DNA of 64,000 bases from Actinomycetota bacterium (GTDB lineage: Bacteria > Actinomycetota > AC-67). The DNA is taken from contig JBKHYG010000121.1 in assembly GCA_046565595.1 (NCBI GenBank), forward strand, positions 330-64,329, in the 5' to 3' direction. The notes under the pieces were generated by a model. That model was not told the DNA's origin. It did no database searches and saw nothing but the letters and a program-made list of their open reading frames with translations. Numbering within the stretch: position 1 is the first letter of the stretch; every line of letters begins with the position of its first letter. This document shows, one piece after another, positions 26,465 to 36,649 of the stretch. A program made the position numbers and the translations under genes.

Positions 26465-27264
26465 TGACGATGATCGCAGCGCTCACTCAGTTCTTCCCGC
26501 TCGCGTGCGACGGGTGTTTCAAGGGGTTCCCCGCATGGGTCGGCCTCTTCCTGCTGGTGGTGAGTCTCATCGGCAGCATCTGGGTTCTGCTCTGGTCGAA
26601 CCTTGGAGCACGGCTGGCTTATCTGGTCGTGATGGTCTCGTTGTCGGCGTTCATGATGATCTTGAGCTTGCTCTGGATGATCGGAGGACCGGGGACCACG
26701 ACCATGACGGGTCCGCGTGGACGAGAAGTGTCATGGGTGCCTTTCCTGCCGAACTCTGAATTCGCGAACGATTTCAGGGCAGAGATCGAGTCGTTCCCGA
26801 GCGGTGGGGGATGGGAACCGATCGGTACCGTGTTCCCGGGCAATGTTGACACCAACGGCGAATTCGAGGTCGTCCGTAACGATGTCGCCACCGCGCTGGC
26901 GGATCTCGCCGTCGTTCAAGGACTCGAAGCGACCGAACCGAGCGACTGGCTGTTCTACGACCAACAGAAGGGTCCTCTAACCCCGGACGAAAGGGATAAG
27001 GCGGCCGCGGCCACGGTCAAGTTCAATCAGGCCGCTTCGACCAAGCTGATCGCGGGGATCCAGATCCCGGCTACCGACAAGCATCGCGGCATGACCGTGT
27101 TCGTCTACAGGGACAAGGGTCTGGTGTTCCTGCCCTCGCTGCTGTTCCTGATCGTCAGCGTGCTCGGGTTCGTCCTTCATACCTGGCTGCTCGCACGGTA
27201 CGAGGAGGAAGAGCGCCAGCGCGAAGAGCAGATGGGAGAAGCACCCGAGCCAGCGATGGCTTAA
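26464..27264 (+). CDS. hypothetical membrane protein, last gene of the b6c-like operon
   Basis: TGATG coupling to the cytochrome c stop. Transmembrane helices at both ends with a soluble middle domain and an acidic C-terminus. Confidence 0.5.
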   Translation: MTMIAALTQFFPLACDGCFKGFPAWVGLFLLVVSLIGSIWVLLWSNLGARLAYLVVMVSLSAFMMILSLLWMIGGPGTTTMTGPRGREVSWVPFLPNSEFANDFRAEIESFPSGGGWEPIGTVFPGNVDTNGEFEVVRNDVATALADLAVVQGLEATEPSDWLFYDQQKGPLTPDERDKAAAATVKFNQAASTKLIAGIQIPATDKHRGMTVFVYRDKGLVFLPSLLFLIVSVLGFVLHTWLLARYEEEERQREEQMGEAPEPAMA

Positions 27265-27284
27265 CCGGGGCCAGGTACATCCGG

Positions 27285-27310
27285 GAGGCCTCGCCGTTCG
27301 GCGGGGCCTC
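27285..27310. terminator. GC-rich hairpin between convergent operons (candidate bidirectional terminator)
   Basis: GAGGCCTCGCC-(GTTC)-GGCGGGGCCTC, an 11-bp stem including one G-U pair. Confidence 0.4.
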
Positions 27311-27315
27311 TCTCG

Positions 27316-28794
27316 TCACGGGCGTATGCCGGCCTGGTCGAGCCAGGCGCGTGCGGCTGCCGCGAGGCTCGATGCGCTCGCGACCTCTGCTACGCCAACC
27401 ACGGGGAAGCCCTCGGACCTCGCCGCCTCGGCGGTTGGGGGCCCCAGGCAAACCGCTGGCAGGTGCGCTGGTTCCGAGCCGTGCGACCTCATCAGTTCCG
27501 CCGTCGAGCGTGCTGTCTCTGCGCTTGCCAGCAGAACGGCTCGGACCTGGCCGCGCTCGATCATCTGCAAGAGCTGGTCAGAGAGGGCTTCAACTCGCGC
27601 GGTTGTGTACGCATGGCGGTGTTCGACCGTCCAGCCTTTGGCTTCCAGCGCGATCGCTAAGCCCGGGTCCGTCATGTTCCCTCCGACGATGGCGACGGTT
27701 CCCTTTCCTCGAGGGAAGCCCGCGGCGAGATCCGCTACGGAGTAGGCCTCGGGCACGAGATCGGGTCTCCCGATGAGCGGACGCAGAGGTTCGCCGGTCG
27801 CAGGTCCGATGCAGGCGAATCCGATCCCCGCGAGTTCCCTACCTCCCCTGCCTTGCGAACGCATGGCAGAGGCGAAAGCCTCGGAGCCGTTGCGGCTGGT
27901 GAACACGAACCAGGCGATCCCCTCGGCCCGAGCTATGGATCCGTCGTTGGTGGGTGCGATCTTTATCGTCGGCTCGATGTGCGCTGCGATGTGACGATCG
28001 GCCAACTCCTTGACGAGCCTCGAGACCTGGCGGATCGGTCGCGTCACCCAGACGATCGGGCGTGGATCCCTTGGTTCCGCGAACCGGACGGTTGCGCCGA
28101 CGACGATCGTTACCGGAGCTTCCAGGTGGCTCGTTGCTCCTGGAAGTTCTGCGAGCGTCGTCACTACCGTCTGCTCGAGAGGAGTCGTTGCCGCCTGGAT
28201 GGCTGCCGCCGGTTCGTCCGGCTCTCGTCCTGCGTCGATCAACCCCCGGCTGACATCACGGACCGATGCAAGTCCCATGAGCACGACGACGGTGTCGGCT
28301 GCAGACGCCGCGGACCAGTCGCGCCGCGGGCCGTCGGCTTCGGTGGCGGTCAGCACGCAGAAGGACGACGCGGCACCCCGGTGGGTCACCGGTATCCCTG
28401 CCGAAGCGGGAGCCGCCAGGGCGGAACTGATACCGGGAACCACGACGCACTCCGTTCCCTCTTGGATGAGCCGCGAAACCTCTTCGCCGCCGCGCCCGAA
28501 GACGAAAGGGTCGCCTCCCTTCAGTCGCACGACGCGGCGTCCCCTCCGCGCCTGATCGACCAGCGCCTGGGTGATGTCATCCTGCTGGGGTCCAGAGCCA
28601 GGAGCCTTGCCGACCTCGACCACCTCAGACGTCGGTGCGATCAGGGCTCTGATCTCAGCTCCCACGAGCCGATCGATGTAGACGATCTCGGCTCTGCGGA
28701 TCTCCTCCAATGCTCGCAGCGTCAACAGATCGGCGGCTCCGGGGCCGGCGCCGACGATGGCGACGCGACCGCGCGCACCGCCGCCTGAGGTCAT
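27316..28794 (-). CDS. bifunctional uroporphyrinogen-III C-methyltransferase / uroporphyrinogen-III synthase (CobA-HemD fusion)
   Basis: N-terminal CobA domain (VAIVGAGPGAADLLTLRA, GGDPFVFGRGGEE) plus a C-terminal HemD-like domain. Start set to the ATG overlapping the hemC stop as ATGA. The track's Arg-rich extension was rejected. Confidence 0.8.
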   Translation of the reverse strand: MTSGGGARGRVAIVGAGPGAADLLTLRALEEIRRAEIVYIDRLVGAEIRALIAPTSEVVEVGKAPGSGPQQDDITQALVDQARRGRRVVRLKGGDPFVFGRGGEEVSRLIQEGTECVVVPGISSALAAPASAGIPVTHRGAASSFCVLTATEADGPRRDWSAASAADTVVVLMGLASVRDVSRGLIDAGREPDEPAAAIQAATTPLEQTVVTTLAELPGATSHLEAPVTIVVGATVRFAEPRDPRPIVWVTRPIRQVSRLVKELADRHIAAHIEPTIKIAPTNDGSIARAEGIAWFVFTSRNGSEAFASAMRSQGRGGRELAGIGFACIGPATGEPLRPLIGRPDLVPEAYSVADLAAGFPRGKGTVAIVGGNMTDPGLAIALEAKGWTVEHRHAYTTARVEALSDQLLQMIERGQVRAVLLASAETARSTAELMRSHGSEPAHLPAVCLGPPTAEAARSEGFPVVGVAEVASASSLAAAARAWLDQAGIRP

Positions 28795-29690
28795 GACCTG
28801 AGCAGAGCGTCCGCGCCGCGCGCACGCAGGCGCTCGGCAAGTTCGATGCCAGCTTTCTCTGCGTCGGTGTGTTCGACCTGATCGGTGAGCACCGTCGTGC
28901 CGTCTTCGGAGGCGACCAATCCTCGTAGACGAACGGTGTCGTCTCGGATCTCGGCGAGCGCGGCGATGGGAAGGTGACAGTCCCCTCCCAGTGCAGCTAC
29001 CAGTGATCGCTCTGCATCCACGGCTCGACGGCTCGCCTCGTCCTCGATCTTGCCCAAGGCCGCCCGCATGTTCCGGTCCGTAGCGCGACATTCGACCGCC
29101 AGCGCTCCTTGGCCTGGCGCGGGCAGCATCGTGGTGATGGGCAGGATCTCTGCTGACGCCATCGAGCGCCGAAGTCTCTTCAGGCCGGCCACCGCCAGGA
29201 CGACCGCATCGACCTCTGCGTCGGTCATCTTCTTGATGCGCGTATCCACATTGCCTCGGATGGGGACCGGACGCAGACCCTTTGGCAATGCTCGCAACTG
29301 TGCGCTGCGACGCAGGCTCGATGTCCCCACCGTGGATCCGGTGGCCAGACCTCCCAGTCCCTTACCTGTCCGGGTGAGGATGCAATCCCTCGGGTCCTCT
29401 CGCTTAGGCACGCCGCCTAGGACGATGCCCCGAGGTGAGTCGACCGGGAGATCCTTCACCGAGTGAACTACCAGGTCCACCTTGTTCGAGGTCAATGCCT
29501 CCTGAAGTTCCGCAACCCAGGCTTCCTTGTTGGCGGCAGGGTCGTCACCTCGATCGCCGGCGGTGGACATCGGCACCAACTCGAAGCTCCGATGGGTGAT
29601 CACCTGTGAGACCTGTTGGCGAACCAACTCGGCCTGGGCGAGCGCCAGGGGAGAGGTCCTGGTGCCTATGCGTAGGACGCTTCGCGGCAT
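28791..29690 (-). CDS. hemC: hydroxymethylbilane synthase (porphobilinogen deaminase)
   Basis: HemC signatures IGTRTSPLALAQ and the C-terminal cofactor Cys region (GGDCHLPIA). Confidence 0.9.
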   Translation of the reverse strand: MPRSVLRIGTRTSPLALAQAELVRQQVSQVITHRSFELVPMSTAGDRGDDPAANKEAWVAELQEALTSNKVDLVVHSVKDLPVDSPRGIVLGGVPKREDPRDCILTRTGKGLGGLATGSTVGTSSLRRSAQLRALPKGLRPVPIRGNVDTRIKKMTDAEVDAVVLAVAGLKRLRRSMASAEILPITTMLPAPGQGALAVECRATDRNMRAALGKIEDEASRRAVDAERSLVAALGGDCHLPIAALAEIRDDTVRLRGLVASEDGTTVLTDQVEHTDAEKAGIELAERLRARGADALLRS

Positions 29691-29742
29691 GAGGCGAGTC
29701 TACGGTCGCTGCGGCGTGCGTGATGCCGTGTGTGAGCGGGTG

Positions 29743-30390
29743 TCAAGCGTGCTCTTCGAGCGCCTGCTTGCGCTGCTCGTGGAAGGACAGGATCTGCAAC
29801 TCCATCGAGAGGTCCACCTTGCGGACCGTGACATCTTCGGGTGTCTGCAGCGTCGTCGGCGCGAAGGACAGGATGCTCTTGACGCCCGCCGAGACGAGCC
29901 GGTCGCACGCATCCTGCGCAGATTCGGCGGGCGTTGCGATGATGCCGATCACGACCTCGCGTTCCTTGACGGTGCGCTCTAGGTCGTCGAGATCGTCCAC
30001 GACGACACTGCCGACACGGGTTCCGATGGTCTCGCTAGAAACATCGAACGCTGCTACCAGGCGGAAGCCTCGTTCATCGAATCCCGGATACGAGGCCAGG
30101 GCTCGGCCCAGGTTGCCCACGCCGACGATCGCGCAGCGCCATTGCTCGGTCAGGCCGAGCACCCGCTCGATGTGGTGGATCAGGTAGGGGATGTCATATC
30201 CGACCCCGCGGGTCCCGTACTGGCCGAGGTAGGAGAGGTCCTTCCGCACCTTGGCCGCGTTGACGCTGGTCGCCTCGGCAAGTTCCTGGCTGGAGGTGGT
30301 GTGCGCGCCGCCCTGGAGCATCTCGGTGAGAGCCTCCAGGTAAGCCGGGAGGCGGGAGACGGTTGCCTCGGGGATGGGACGGTCCCGCAT
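29743..30390 (-). CDS. rex: redox-sensing transcriptional repressor Rex
   Basis: Winged-helix N-terminus plus Rossmann fold (IVGVGNLGRAL); 215 aa. Confidence 0.9.
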   Translation of the reverse strand: MRDRPIPEATVSRLPAYLEALTEMLQGGAHTTSSQELAEATSVNAAKVRKDLSYLGQYGTRGVGYDIPYLIHHIERVLGLTEQWRCAIVGVGNLGRALASYPGFDERGFRLVAAFDVSSETIGTRVGSVVVDDLDDLERTVKEREVVIGIIATPAESAQDACDRLVSAGVKSILSFAPTTLQTPEDVTVRKVDLSMELQILSFHEQRKQALEEHA

Positions 30391-30408
30391 GAGGTTCAGG
30401 ATACGACC

Positions 30409-30426
30409 TCGTGAACGCGTTCACAA
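30409..30426. promoter_or_regulatory. Rex operator (ROP) site 1: TCGTGAACGCGTTCACAA
   Basis: 17 of 18 positions match the actinobacterial Rex consensus TTGTGAA-N4-TTCACAA. It lies 19 bp upstream of the rex start codon. Confidence 0.6.
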
Positions 30427-30535
30427 ACCCTCGACCGGGGGAGAGCTGTCGCCCTCGGCGGGCCGAGATATGGAACCTCGGGCGAAGCGGGACGCAGATG
30501 AGGTGACCAGATCGGTAGAGAGGACTAGGCTGCGC

Positions 30536-30553
30536 TAGTGAAGCCGTTCACAA
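30536..30553. promoter_or_regulatory. Rex operator (ROP) site 2: TAGTGAAGCCGTTCACAA
   Basis: One mismatch to consensus. It lies 29 bp upstream of the geranylgeranyl reductase ATG that heads the nuo gene string. Confidence 0.55.
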
Positions 30554-30581
30554 GCGTTAGCGGTGCGAAAGCGATAGGGGG

Positions 30582-31898
30582 ATGGTGGTCCGAGAGGTCG
30601 ATGTGATCATCGCCGGGGGAGGACCCGGCGGGTCCACCGCTGCCTACCATCTGGCCGTCCGCGGCAAGCGCGTACTGGTGATCGAGAAGAGCGCCTTTCC
30701 TCGCGAGAAGGTCTGCGGTGACGGACTCACTCCCAGGGCGGTCAAGGCGCTCCACCACCTCGGCCTGGACACCACCGGCCCCGAATGGGCTCGTTCCGAG
30801 GGGCTCAGGATCATCGGGGCTGGGCATACCCTCGAGCTCCCCTGGCCAGAGTTGAACGGATGGCCGGGCTATGCCTTGGTGCGCGCGCGCCTCGATCTAG
30901 ATGAGCTATTGCTGCGCCACGCCGAGAAGGCGGGTGCGACGGTCTGGACCGAGACCGAGGTCGTGGATCCCATCCTTGACCCTGACGGCGTCGTGATCGG
31001 GGTGCGGTGCCGCTCGGTGCAGTCGCCAGACGACGATCAGCCCAGCCTGTTCGACGGCCACGCTAAACGGGGTCGGGTCCGCGGCGAGATCCTCGAGGTT
31101 CGAGCTCCGGTCGTGATCGCCGCGGATGGCGTGGCGAACAGGTTCGGACAGGCCCTCGGGATCAGACGGATCGAGAAGCGCCCCATGGGCGTCGCGGTAC
31201 GAACCTACTTCCGCTCTCCTCGGGCCAGCGATAACTACCTCGAGAGCTACCTGGAACTGTGGCGCGGCGACGATCTGCTGCCAGGCTACGGGTGGATCTT
31301 CCCGACCCCAGACGGGACCGTGAACATCGGGCTGGGATTGTTGAACTCCTCCGCGCACTTCCAGCAGGTCGACTATCGAGGGCTGCTGACCGACTGGGTG
31401 GCGAACCTGCCGCCAGATTGGGAACTGGACCGGGACAACCAGGTCGGCCAGATCAGGGGAGCCGGCCTGCCGATGGGCTTCAACCGGACCGCTCTGGCCA
31501 AGCCCGGGCTCATGCTCATCGGAGACGCGGCGGGAGCGGTGAACCCCTTCAACGGCGAGGGGATCGCCTACGCGATGGAGACCGGCGAGTTGGCCGCCGG
31601 TGCCGCTATCGAGGCCTTGGCTTCGGGCTCTCCTCACGCCTTGCGGGTCTACCCCGATCGACTGAAGGAGACCTACGAGGGCTACTTCATCTTGGGGCGT
31701 GCGTTCGTCAGGTTGATCGGCGAGCCGAAGGTCATGCGCTTCCTGACCCAACATGGTTTGAAGCGCCGAGATCTGATGCGCTTCGCCTTCAAGGTCTTGG
31801 CGAACCTGGCGGAACCTCGTCGTGGTGACTCTCACGACCGGTTGTTCAACGCGATGGTCAAGGTCGCGCCCACCATCAACAAGGTGGTGGGGATCTGA
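30582..31898 (+). CDS. FAD-dependent geranylgeranyl reductase family oxidoreductase (MenJ-like)
   Basis: FAD-binding GxGxxG (VIIAGGGPGGSTAAYHLA). Length and motifs fit the geranylgeranyl reductase family. Confidence 0.75.
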   Translation: MVVREVDVIIAGGGPGGSTAAYHLAVRGKRVLVIEKSAFPREKVCGDGLTPRAVKALHHLGLDTTGPEWARSEGLRIIGAGHTLELPWPELNGWPGYALVRARLDLDELLLRHAEKAGATVWTETEVVDPILDPDGVVIGVRCRSVQSPDDDQPSLFDGHAKRGRVRGEILEVRAPVVIAADGVANRFGQALGIRRIEKRPMGVAVRTYFRSPRASDNYLESYLELWRGDDLLPGYGWIFPTPDGTVNIGLGLLNSSAHFQQVDYRGLLTDWVANLPPDWELDRDNQVGQIRGAGLPMGFNRTALAKPGLMLIGDAAGAVNPFNGEGIAYAMETGELAAGAAIEALASGSPHALRVYPDRLKETYEGYFILGRAFVRLIGEPKVMRFLTQHGLKRRDLMRFAFKVLANLAEPRRGDSHDRLFNAMVKVAPTINKVVGI

Positions 31899-31992
31899 TG
31901 CATCTCGAGTGTGCGCTCGTGAAGCCCCGGGGTGTTTGCGAACCCCAGCAAGCGGTCCATAGCCTGCGGTCGTCCCGGGGGAGGACCACTTC

Positions 31993-32442
31993 TTGACGCT
32001 CGTTGATTACCTGCCCATCTTGATCCTGCTCGCGATCGCAACCGCGTTCGCGGGTCTGTCGATCCTGGTCGCCTCCAAGACCGGCCCAAGGGCTCCATCC
32101 CCCGAGAAACTCGCGCCTTACGAGTGTGGCATCGAACCTGAGCGGGAGCTGGTCGAACGGTTCCCCGTGAAGTTCTACGGGATCGCGATGCTGTTCATCA
32201 TCTTCGACATCGAGATCATCTTGTTGCTGCCCTACGCGGTCATGACACGCGAGCTCGGCATCTTCGGGCTGATGGAGATGGGTGTGTTCCTGCTGCTGCT
32301 GCTCGGGGCTTACCTGTACATCCGCCGGGCGGGCGGCTTGGAATGGGAAGAAGAAGAGACCACCCTGCGGCGGCGTGTCTCGGCGCAGCTCATCCAGCGG
32401 TACAGGACACAGTCGGACAGCGGTGAGAGGCTGGGCGCCTGA
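31993..32442 (+). CDS. nuoA: NADH-quinone oxidoreductase subunit A (with a ~30-aa C-terminal extension)
   Basis: TTG start after a GGGGGAGG Shine-Dalgarno. Three transmembrane helices and the PYECG motif. Confidence 0.8.
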   Translation: MTLVDYLPILILLAIATAFAGLSILVASKTGPRAPSPEKLAPYECGIEPERELVERFPVKFYGIAMLFIIFDIEIILLLPYAVMTRELGIFGLMEMGVFLLLLLGAYLYIRRAGGLEWEEEETTLRRRVSAQLIQRYRTQSDSGERLGA

Positions 32443-32921
32443 TGGGCTGGGAGCAGAACCTCCCCAACGGGATCCTCCTTACGAGCGTAGAGAAGTTCGT
32501 CCAGTGGTCTCGCGCGAATTCCCTCTGGCCGGCGACCTTCGGTCTGGCCTGCTGCGCCATCGAGATGATGGCTACCGGCGCAGCGACCCATGATCTCGCT
32601 CGGTTCGGGATGGAGGTCTTCCGGGCATCGCCGCGCCAAGCCGACCTGATGATCGTCGCCGGCCGCGTCAGCCAGAAGATGGCGCCGGTCCTCCGTCAGA
32701 TCTACGACCAGATGCCCGAGCCCAAGTGGGTCATCAGCATGGGCGTGTGTGCCACCAGCGGAGGCATGTTCAACAACTATGCGATAGTCCAAGGCGTCGA
32801 CCAGATCGTCCCCGTGGACATGTATGTGCCCGGGTGTCCCCCACGGCCCGAGATGCTGATGGACGGCATCTTGAAGTTGCACGAGCAGATCAAGGCGACC
32901 CCGCTGAAGGCGGACCGATGA
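32442..32921 (+). CDS. nuoB: NADH-quinone oxidoreductase subunit B
   Basis: Cluster N2 ligands present ([20 protein letters not shown]). Confidence 0.9.
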   Translation: MGWEQNLPNGILLTSVEKFVQWSRANSLWPATFGLACCAIEMMATGAATHDLARFGMEVFRASPRQADLMIVAGRVSQKMAPVLRQIYDQMPEPKWVISMGVCATSGGMFNNYAIVQGVDQIVPVDMYVPGCPPRPEMLMDGILKLHEQIKATPLKADR

Positions 32922-33478
32922 CGAGCGAAGAGTTGCTAGCGCTTTGCGCACGAGCCTCGTCCGAGGTCGGAGGCTCGCTTGAACCTGTGGATGAGCGAGG
33001 CGTGACGAGCCTGGAAGTGGCCGCGGATCGTTTGGTCGAAGTCGTCACCTGGTTCAGGGACAACGGACCCTTCGAACTTCTAGCCGACCTATCGGTGATC
33101 GACTGGCTCGGGATCAATCCTGACGAGAAGCGCTTTTGCGTGGGGTACATGCTCGCATCGCCACAGCATCCCGCACGGTTGCAACTGCGCGTCTACCTCG
33201 GGTCGCAACAGCCTAAGGTCGCTTCCTTGACCGGTCTGTGGCCGGGTGCGGATGCGCTGGAACGCGAGGCGTACGACTTCTTCGGGATCGGGTTCGAGGG
33301 CCATCCGAACCTGCGTCGCATGTTCATGCCCGACGATTGGGAGGGTCACCCTCAGCGCAAGGACTATCCCCTCGGCGGGATCGATGTTCGTTACGAGCAT
33401 GGGCAGGCTGTCACCCCACCCGATGACCGTGCGAAGCGTTCGACGACCACCTCTGGCTATCCGGGCAGGACCGCATGA
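32918..33478 (+). CDS. nuoC: NADH-quinone oxidoreductase subunit C
   Basis: ATGA coupling. NuoC 30-kDa subunit motifs. The upstream extension in the track was rejected. Confidence 0.85.
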   Translation: MTSEELLALCARASSEVGGSLEPVDERGVTSLEVAADRLVEVVTWFRDNGPFELLADLSVIDWLGINPDEKRFCVGYMLASPQHPARLQLRVYLGSQQPKVASLTGLWPGADALEREAYDFFGIGFEGHPNLRRMFMPDDWEGHPQRKDYPLGGIDVRYEHGQAVTPPDDRAKRSTTTSGYPGRTA

Positions 33479-34743
33479 GCGAGGTCTTCACCACCGGACA
33501 GGATTGGAGCGCCGCGGTCTCCGAGATCAGCGACGAGACGCTGGTCATCAACATGGGGCCGCAGCATCCGTCCACCCACGGGGTGCTCCGGTTGGTTCTC
33601 ACCCTCGACGGTGAGACGGTGATCGACGCCGACAGCGTCATCGGGTACCTACATACCGGCATCGAGAAGAACGCCGAGGTTCGTACCTGGGTCCAGGGCG
33701 TCACCTTCGTGACTCGTATGGATTACCTGTCGCCGTTCTTCAACGAGGTGGGTTACTGCCTTGCCGTCGAACAGCTGCTGGGGATCGAAGCTCCGCCACG
33801 CGCGCAGGCCATCCGCGTCCTGCTGATGGAGTTGAACAGGATCAGCAGCCACCTGGTCTGGCTGGCGACGACAGGCATGGAGCTCGGAGCGTTGTCGATG
33901 ATGCTCTACGGCTTCCGCGAGCGCGAACAACTCCTGGACATCTTCGAGCACATAACCGGCCTACGGATGAACCACGCTTTCATCAGGCCGGGCGGTCTCG
34001 TGACCGATCTTCCTGAAGGGTCGGTCGAGAAGATCGAGGAGTTCCTGGCCTCGTTCCCCGACCGTCTCGCAGAGTACGAAGGGTTGCTGACCCAGAACCC
34101 GACCTGGATCGACCGCAACCGCGGGATCGGGATCCTCGACGCTCCTACCGCTCTCGGACTCGGCGTGACCGGTCCGCTTCTACGCGCAGCAGGCGTCGAC
34201 TGGGATCTCCGCAAGCAACGCCCATACTGCGGTTATGAGAACTACGAGTTCGATGTCCCGACCGACACCGACGCCGACTGCATGGCCCGGTACCGGGTGC
34301 GTCTGGAAGAGATGCGCCAATCGATGAGGATCGTGCGGCAGGTCCTCGATTCCCTGCCCGCCGGACGGATCATGATCGAGGACCCGAAGATCGCTTGGCC
34401 AGCGCAACTGTCGCTGGGCCCGGACGGGCTCGGGAACGCTCAGGAGTACATCCGCCGGATCATGGGCGAATCGATGGAAGCGCTGATCCAGCATTTCAAG
34501 CTGGTTACCGAAGGCTTCAGCATCCCGGTCGGCGAGACGACCGTCGCGGTCGAGTCGCCCCGCGGTGAGACCTCGTTCCGTGTGGCGAGCGGAGGCAAGA
34601 ACAGGCCTTGGCGCGTCCATGTACGCGACGCCTCCTTCGTGAACCTCCAAGCGATGCCGCACATGGTCCGCGGGTTGCTGGTGGCAGATGTGATCTCGGC
34701 CGTCGCGTCGATCGACCCGGTGATGGGAGGTGTGGATCGATGA
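33475..34743 (+). CDS. nuoD: NADH-quinone oxidoreductase subunit D
   Basis: 49-kDa subunit. N-terminus [14 protein letters not shown] and C-terminus DPVMGGVDR. Confidence 0.9.
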   Translation: MSEVFTTGQDWSAAVSEISDETLVINMGPQHPSTHGVLRLVLTLDGETVIDADSVIGYLHTGIEKNAEVRTWVQGVTFVTRMDYLSPFFNEVGYCLAVEQLLGIEAPPRAQAIRVLLMELNRISSHLVWLATTGMELGALSMMLYGFREREQLLDIFEHITGLRMNHAFIRPGGLVTDLPEGSVEKIEEFLASFPDRLAEYEGLLTQNPTWIDRNRGIGILDAPTALGLGVTGPLLRAAGVDWDLRKQRPYCGYENYEFDVPTDTDADCMARYRVRLEEMRQSMRIVRQVLDSLPAGRIMIEDPKIAWPAQLSLGPDGLGNAQEYIRRIMGESMEALIQHFKLVTEGFSIPVGETTVAVESPRGETSFRVASGGKNRPWRVHVRDASFVNLQAMPHMVRGLLVADVISAVASIDPVMGGVDR

Positions 34744-35369
34744 GCGGTGGTGGCAAGGCGGATACATCGCTGATGGGGGTACCCCTGATCAGACCGGCCG
34801 TTGCGCCTCTCTCGGATCGGTTCCGTTCCGACGCCGACGAGGTGATCGCTAGATACCCCAAGGGCCAGGAACGCAGCGCGCTACTTCCGCTGCTCTACCT
34901 GGTCCAGGGTGAGCACGGCTTCGTCTCGAGCCAAGGCATCAGCGCCATCTCGGAGATGCTTGGCCTGACCCGAGCCGAAGTGGCGGGCGTGGCCAGCTTC
35001 TACACGATGTTCAAACGGTCGCCGCAAGGAAGATGGTTGATCAGCGTGTGTACCCAACCCGCGTGCGCGTTCGCTGGCGGGACCGAACTCATCCGGAGGT
35101 TGGAGGAGACGCTGGGCGTCGAGCGTGGAGGCACGAGCCCTGACGGCACGATCTCCATCGAAGAGGTCGAGTGTCTATGCGCCTGTGACGGCGCACCGGT
35201 GTTCAGCGTCAACTATGAGAACTACGAACGCATGGCCGTCGAGGACGCCGTGTCGATGGTCGAGTCCTTGAGATCTGGCGGCGAGCCTCCTGCGGGTGCG
35301 CGCGGTGAGATCCCGGCGGACTTCAAGACCGTGTCGCGCCGCATGAGCGGAGTGGAGGCGCCGCGATGA
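34740..35369 (+). CDS. nuoE: NADH-quinone oxidoreductase subunit E
   Basis: Thioredoxin-like [2Fe-2S] Cys ligands ([14 protein letters not shown]). ATGA coupled. Confidence 0.85.
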   Translation: MSGGGKADTSLMGVPLIRPAVAPLSDRFRSDADEVIARYPKGQERSALLPLLYLVQGEHGFVSSQGISAISEMLGLTRAEVAGVASFYTMFKRSPQGRWLISVCTQPACAFAGGTELIRRLEETLGVERGGTSPDGTISIEEVECLCACDGAPVFSVNYENYERMAVEDAVSMVESLRSGGEPPAGARGEIPADFKTVSRRMSGVEAPR

Positions 35370-36649
35370 GCGCGACGCTTCAAGAGACCAAGATCCTGTC
35401 CGCCAGATGGGACCGGCCCGACGGCAACACGCTGGCCGGATACCTCGCGACCGGAGGGTACGAGGCGCTGCGCACGGCCCTCGAGATGCAGCCCGACCAG
35501 ATCATCGAGACCGTCAAAGAGTCGAACCTGCGGGGCCGCGGAGGCGCAGGATTCCCGGCTGGACTGAAGTGGTCCTTCATCCCCAAGGACCGTAGACCGT
35601 CCTACATAGTCTGTAATTTCGACGAAGGCGAGCCTGGAACTTTCAAGGACCGCGAACTGGTCGAGCGTGACCCGCACCAGATGATCGAAGGCATGGCCAT
35701 CGCATCCCTGGCGATCGGCGCACACGAGATGTACATCTTCTGCCGAGGTGAGTTCGCCTACGCCGCCCGTGTCCTCGAGCGCGCGATCGCCGAGGCGATG
35801 CAGGAGGGATATCTGGGGAAGGGGATCCTGGGAAGCGACTACGACCTGGATTGCATCCTCGTGCGCGGTGCAGGCGCATACATCTGTGGCGAGGAGACCG
35901 CGTTGCTCGAGGCGATAGAAGGCCGTCGAGGTCAACCTCGTCTCCGCCCACCGTTCCCGGCCACCCACGGACTGTTCAACCTGCCGACCGTCGTCAACAA
36001 TGTCGAGACCTTCGCATGCGTCCCCCACATCATCTCTCGGGGAGCGGAGTGGTTCCGTTCGCTGGGTACCGAGAAGGCGTCGGGAACCAAGATCTTCAGC
36101 ATCTCTGGCGATGTGGAGAAGCCGGGTAACTACGAGGTGCCCTTCGGCACATCGGCTCGAGACCTGATCGAGGGCTTCGCCGGCGGCGTTAAGGGCGGGA
36201 AGGGATTGAAGGCCTTCACCCCCGGTGGCGCATCCTCGACACCCTTCTTCGGCCCCGAGGAACTGGATGTCGGCATGGATTGGGAGTCCGTCCAAGAGGC
36301 GGGGTCCCTCCTTGGTACCGGCGCGATCATCGTCTTCTCCGAGGACAGGTGCATGGTACGAGCGGCCCATCGTTACACGCGTTTCTACGCGCACGAGTCA
36401 TGCGGCAAGTGCACGCCATGCCGCGAAGGGACCTACTGGCTCGAGCAGACGCTCCGTCGGTTCGAGGCAGGCGGAGGACGGGAGGATGACCTCCCGATCT
36501 TGCTGGATGTCGCCAACAGCATCCCGGGGCGTTCGTTCTGTGCGCTCGGTGACTTCTCTGCCGCACCGGTCACTTCGACCGTGAGGCGCTGGGAGGCCGA
36601 TTTCCGCAAACACATTGGCAGCGGGGGAGGCTGCCCGATCGAACCATGA
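35366..36649 (+). CDS. nuoF: NADH-quinone oxidoreductase subunit F
   Basis: FMN/NADH motifs (GRGGAGFP). 4Fe-4S ligands CGKCTPCREG. Confidence 0.9.
   Translation: MSATLQETKILSARWDRPDGNTLAGYLATGGYEALRTALEMQPDQIIETVKESNLRGRGGAGFPAGLKWSFIPKDRRPSYIVCNFDEGEPGTFKDRELVERDPHQMIEGMAIASLAIGAHEMYIFCRGEFAYAARVLERAIAEAMQEGYLGKGILGSDYDLDCILVRGAGAYICGEETALLEAIEGRRGQPRLRPPFPATHGLFNLPTVVNNVETFACVPHIISRGAEWFRSLGTEKASGTKIFSISGDVEKPGNYEVPFGTSARDLIEGFAGGVKGGKGLKAFTPGGASSTPFFGPEELDVGMDWESVQEAGSLLGTGAIIVFSEDRCMVRAAHRYTRFYAHESCGKCTPCREGTYWLEQTLRRFEAGGGREDDLPILLDVANSIPGRSFCALGDFSAAPVTSTVRRWEADFRKHIGSGGGCPIEP

Noticed and set aside
28795-29091. Arg-rich N-terminal extension of the cobA/hemD ORF
   Set aside because: The conserved CobA N-terminus (VAIVGAGPGAADL) begins just after the ATG that overlaps the hemC stop as ATGA. 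The extension overlaps hemC.
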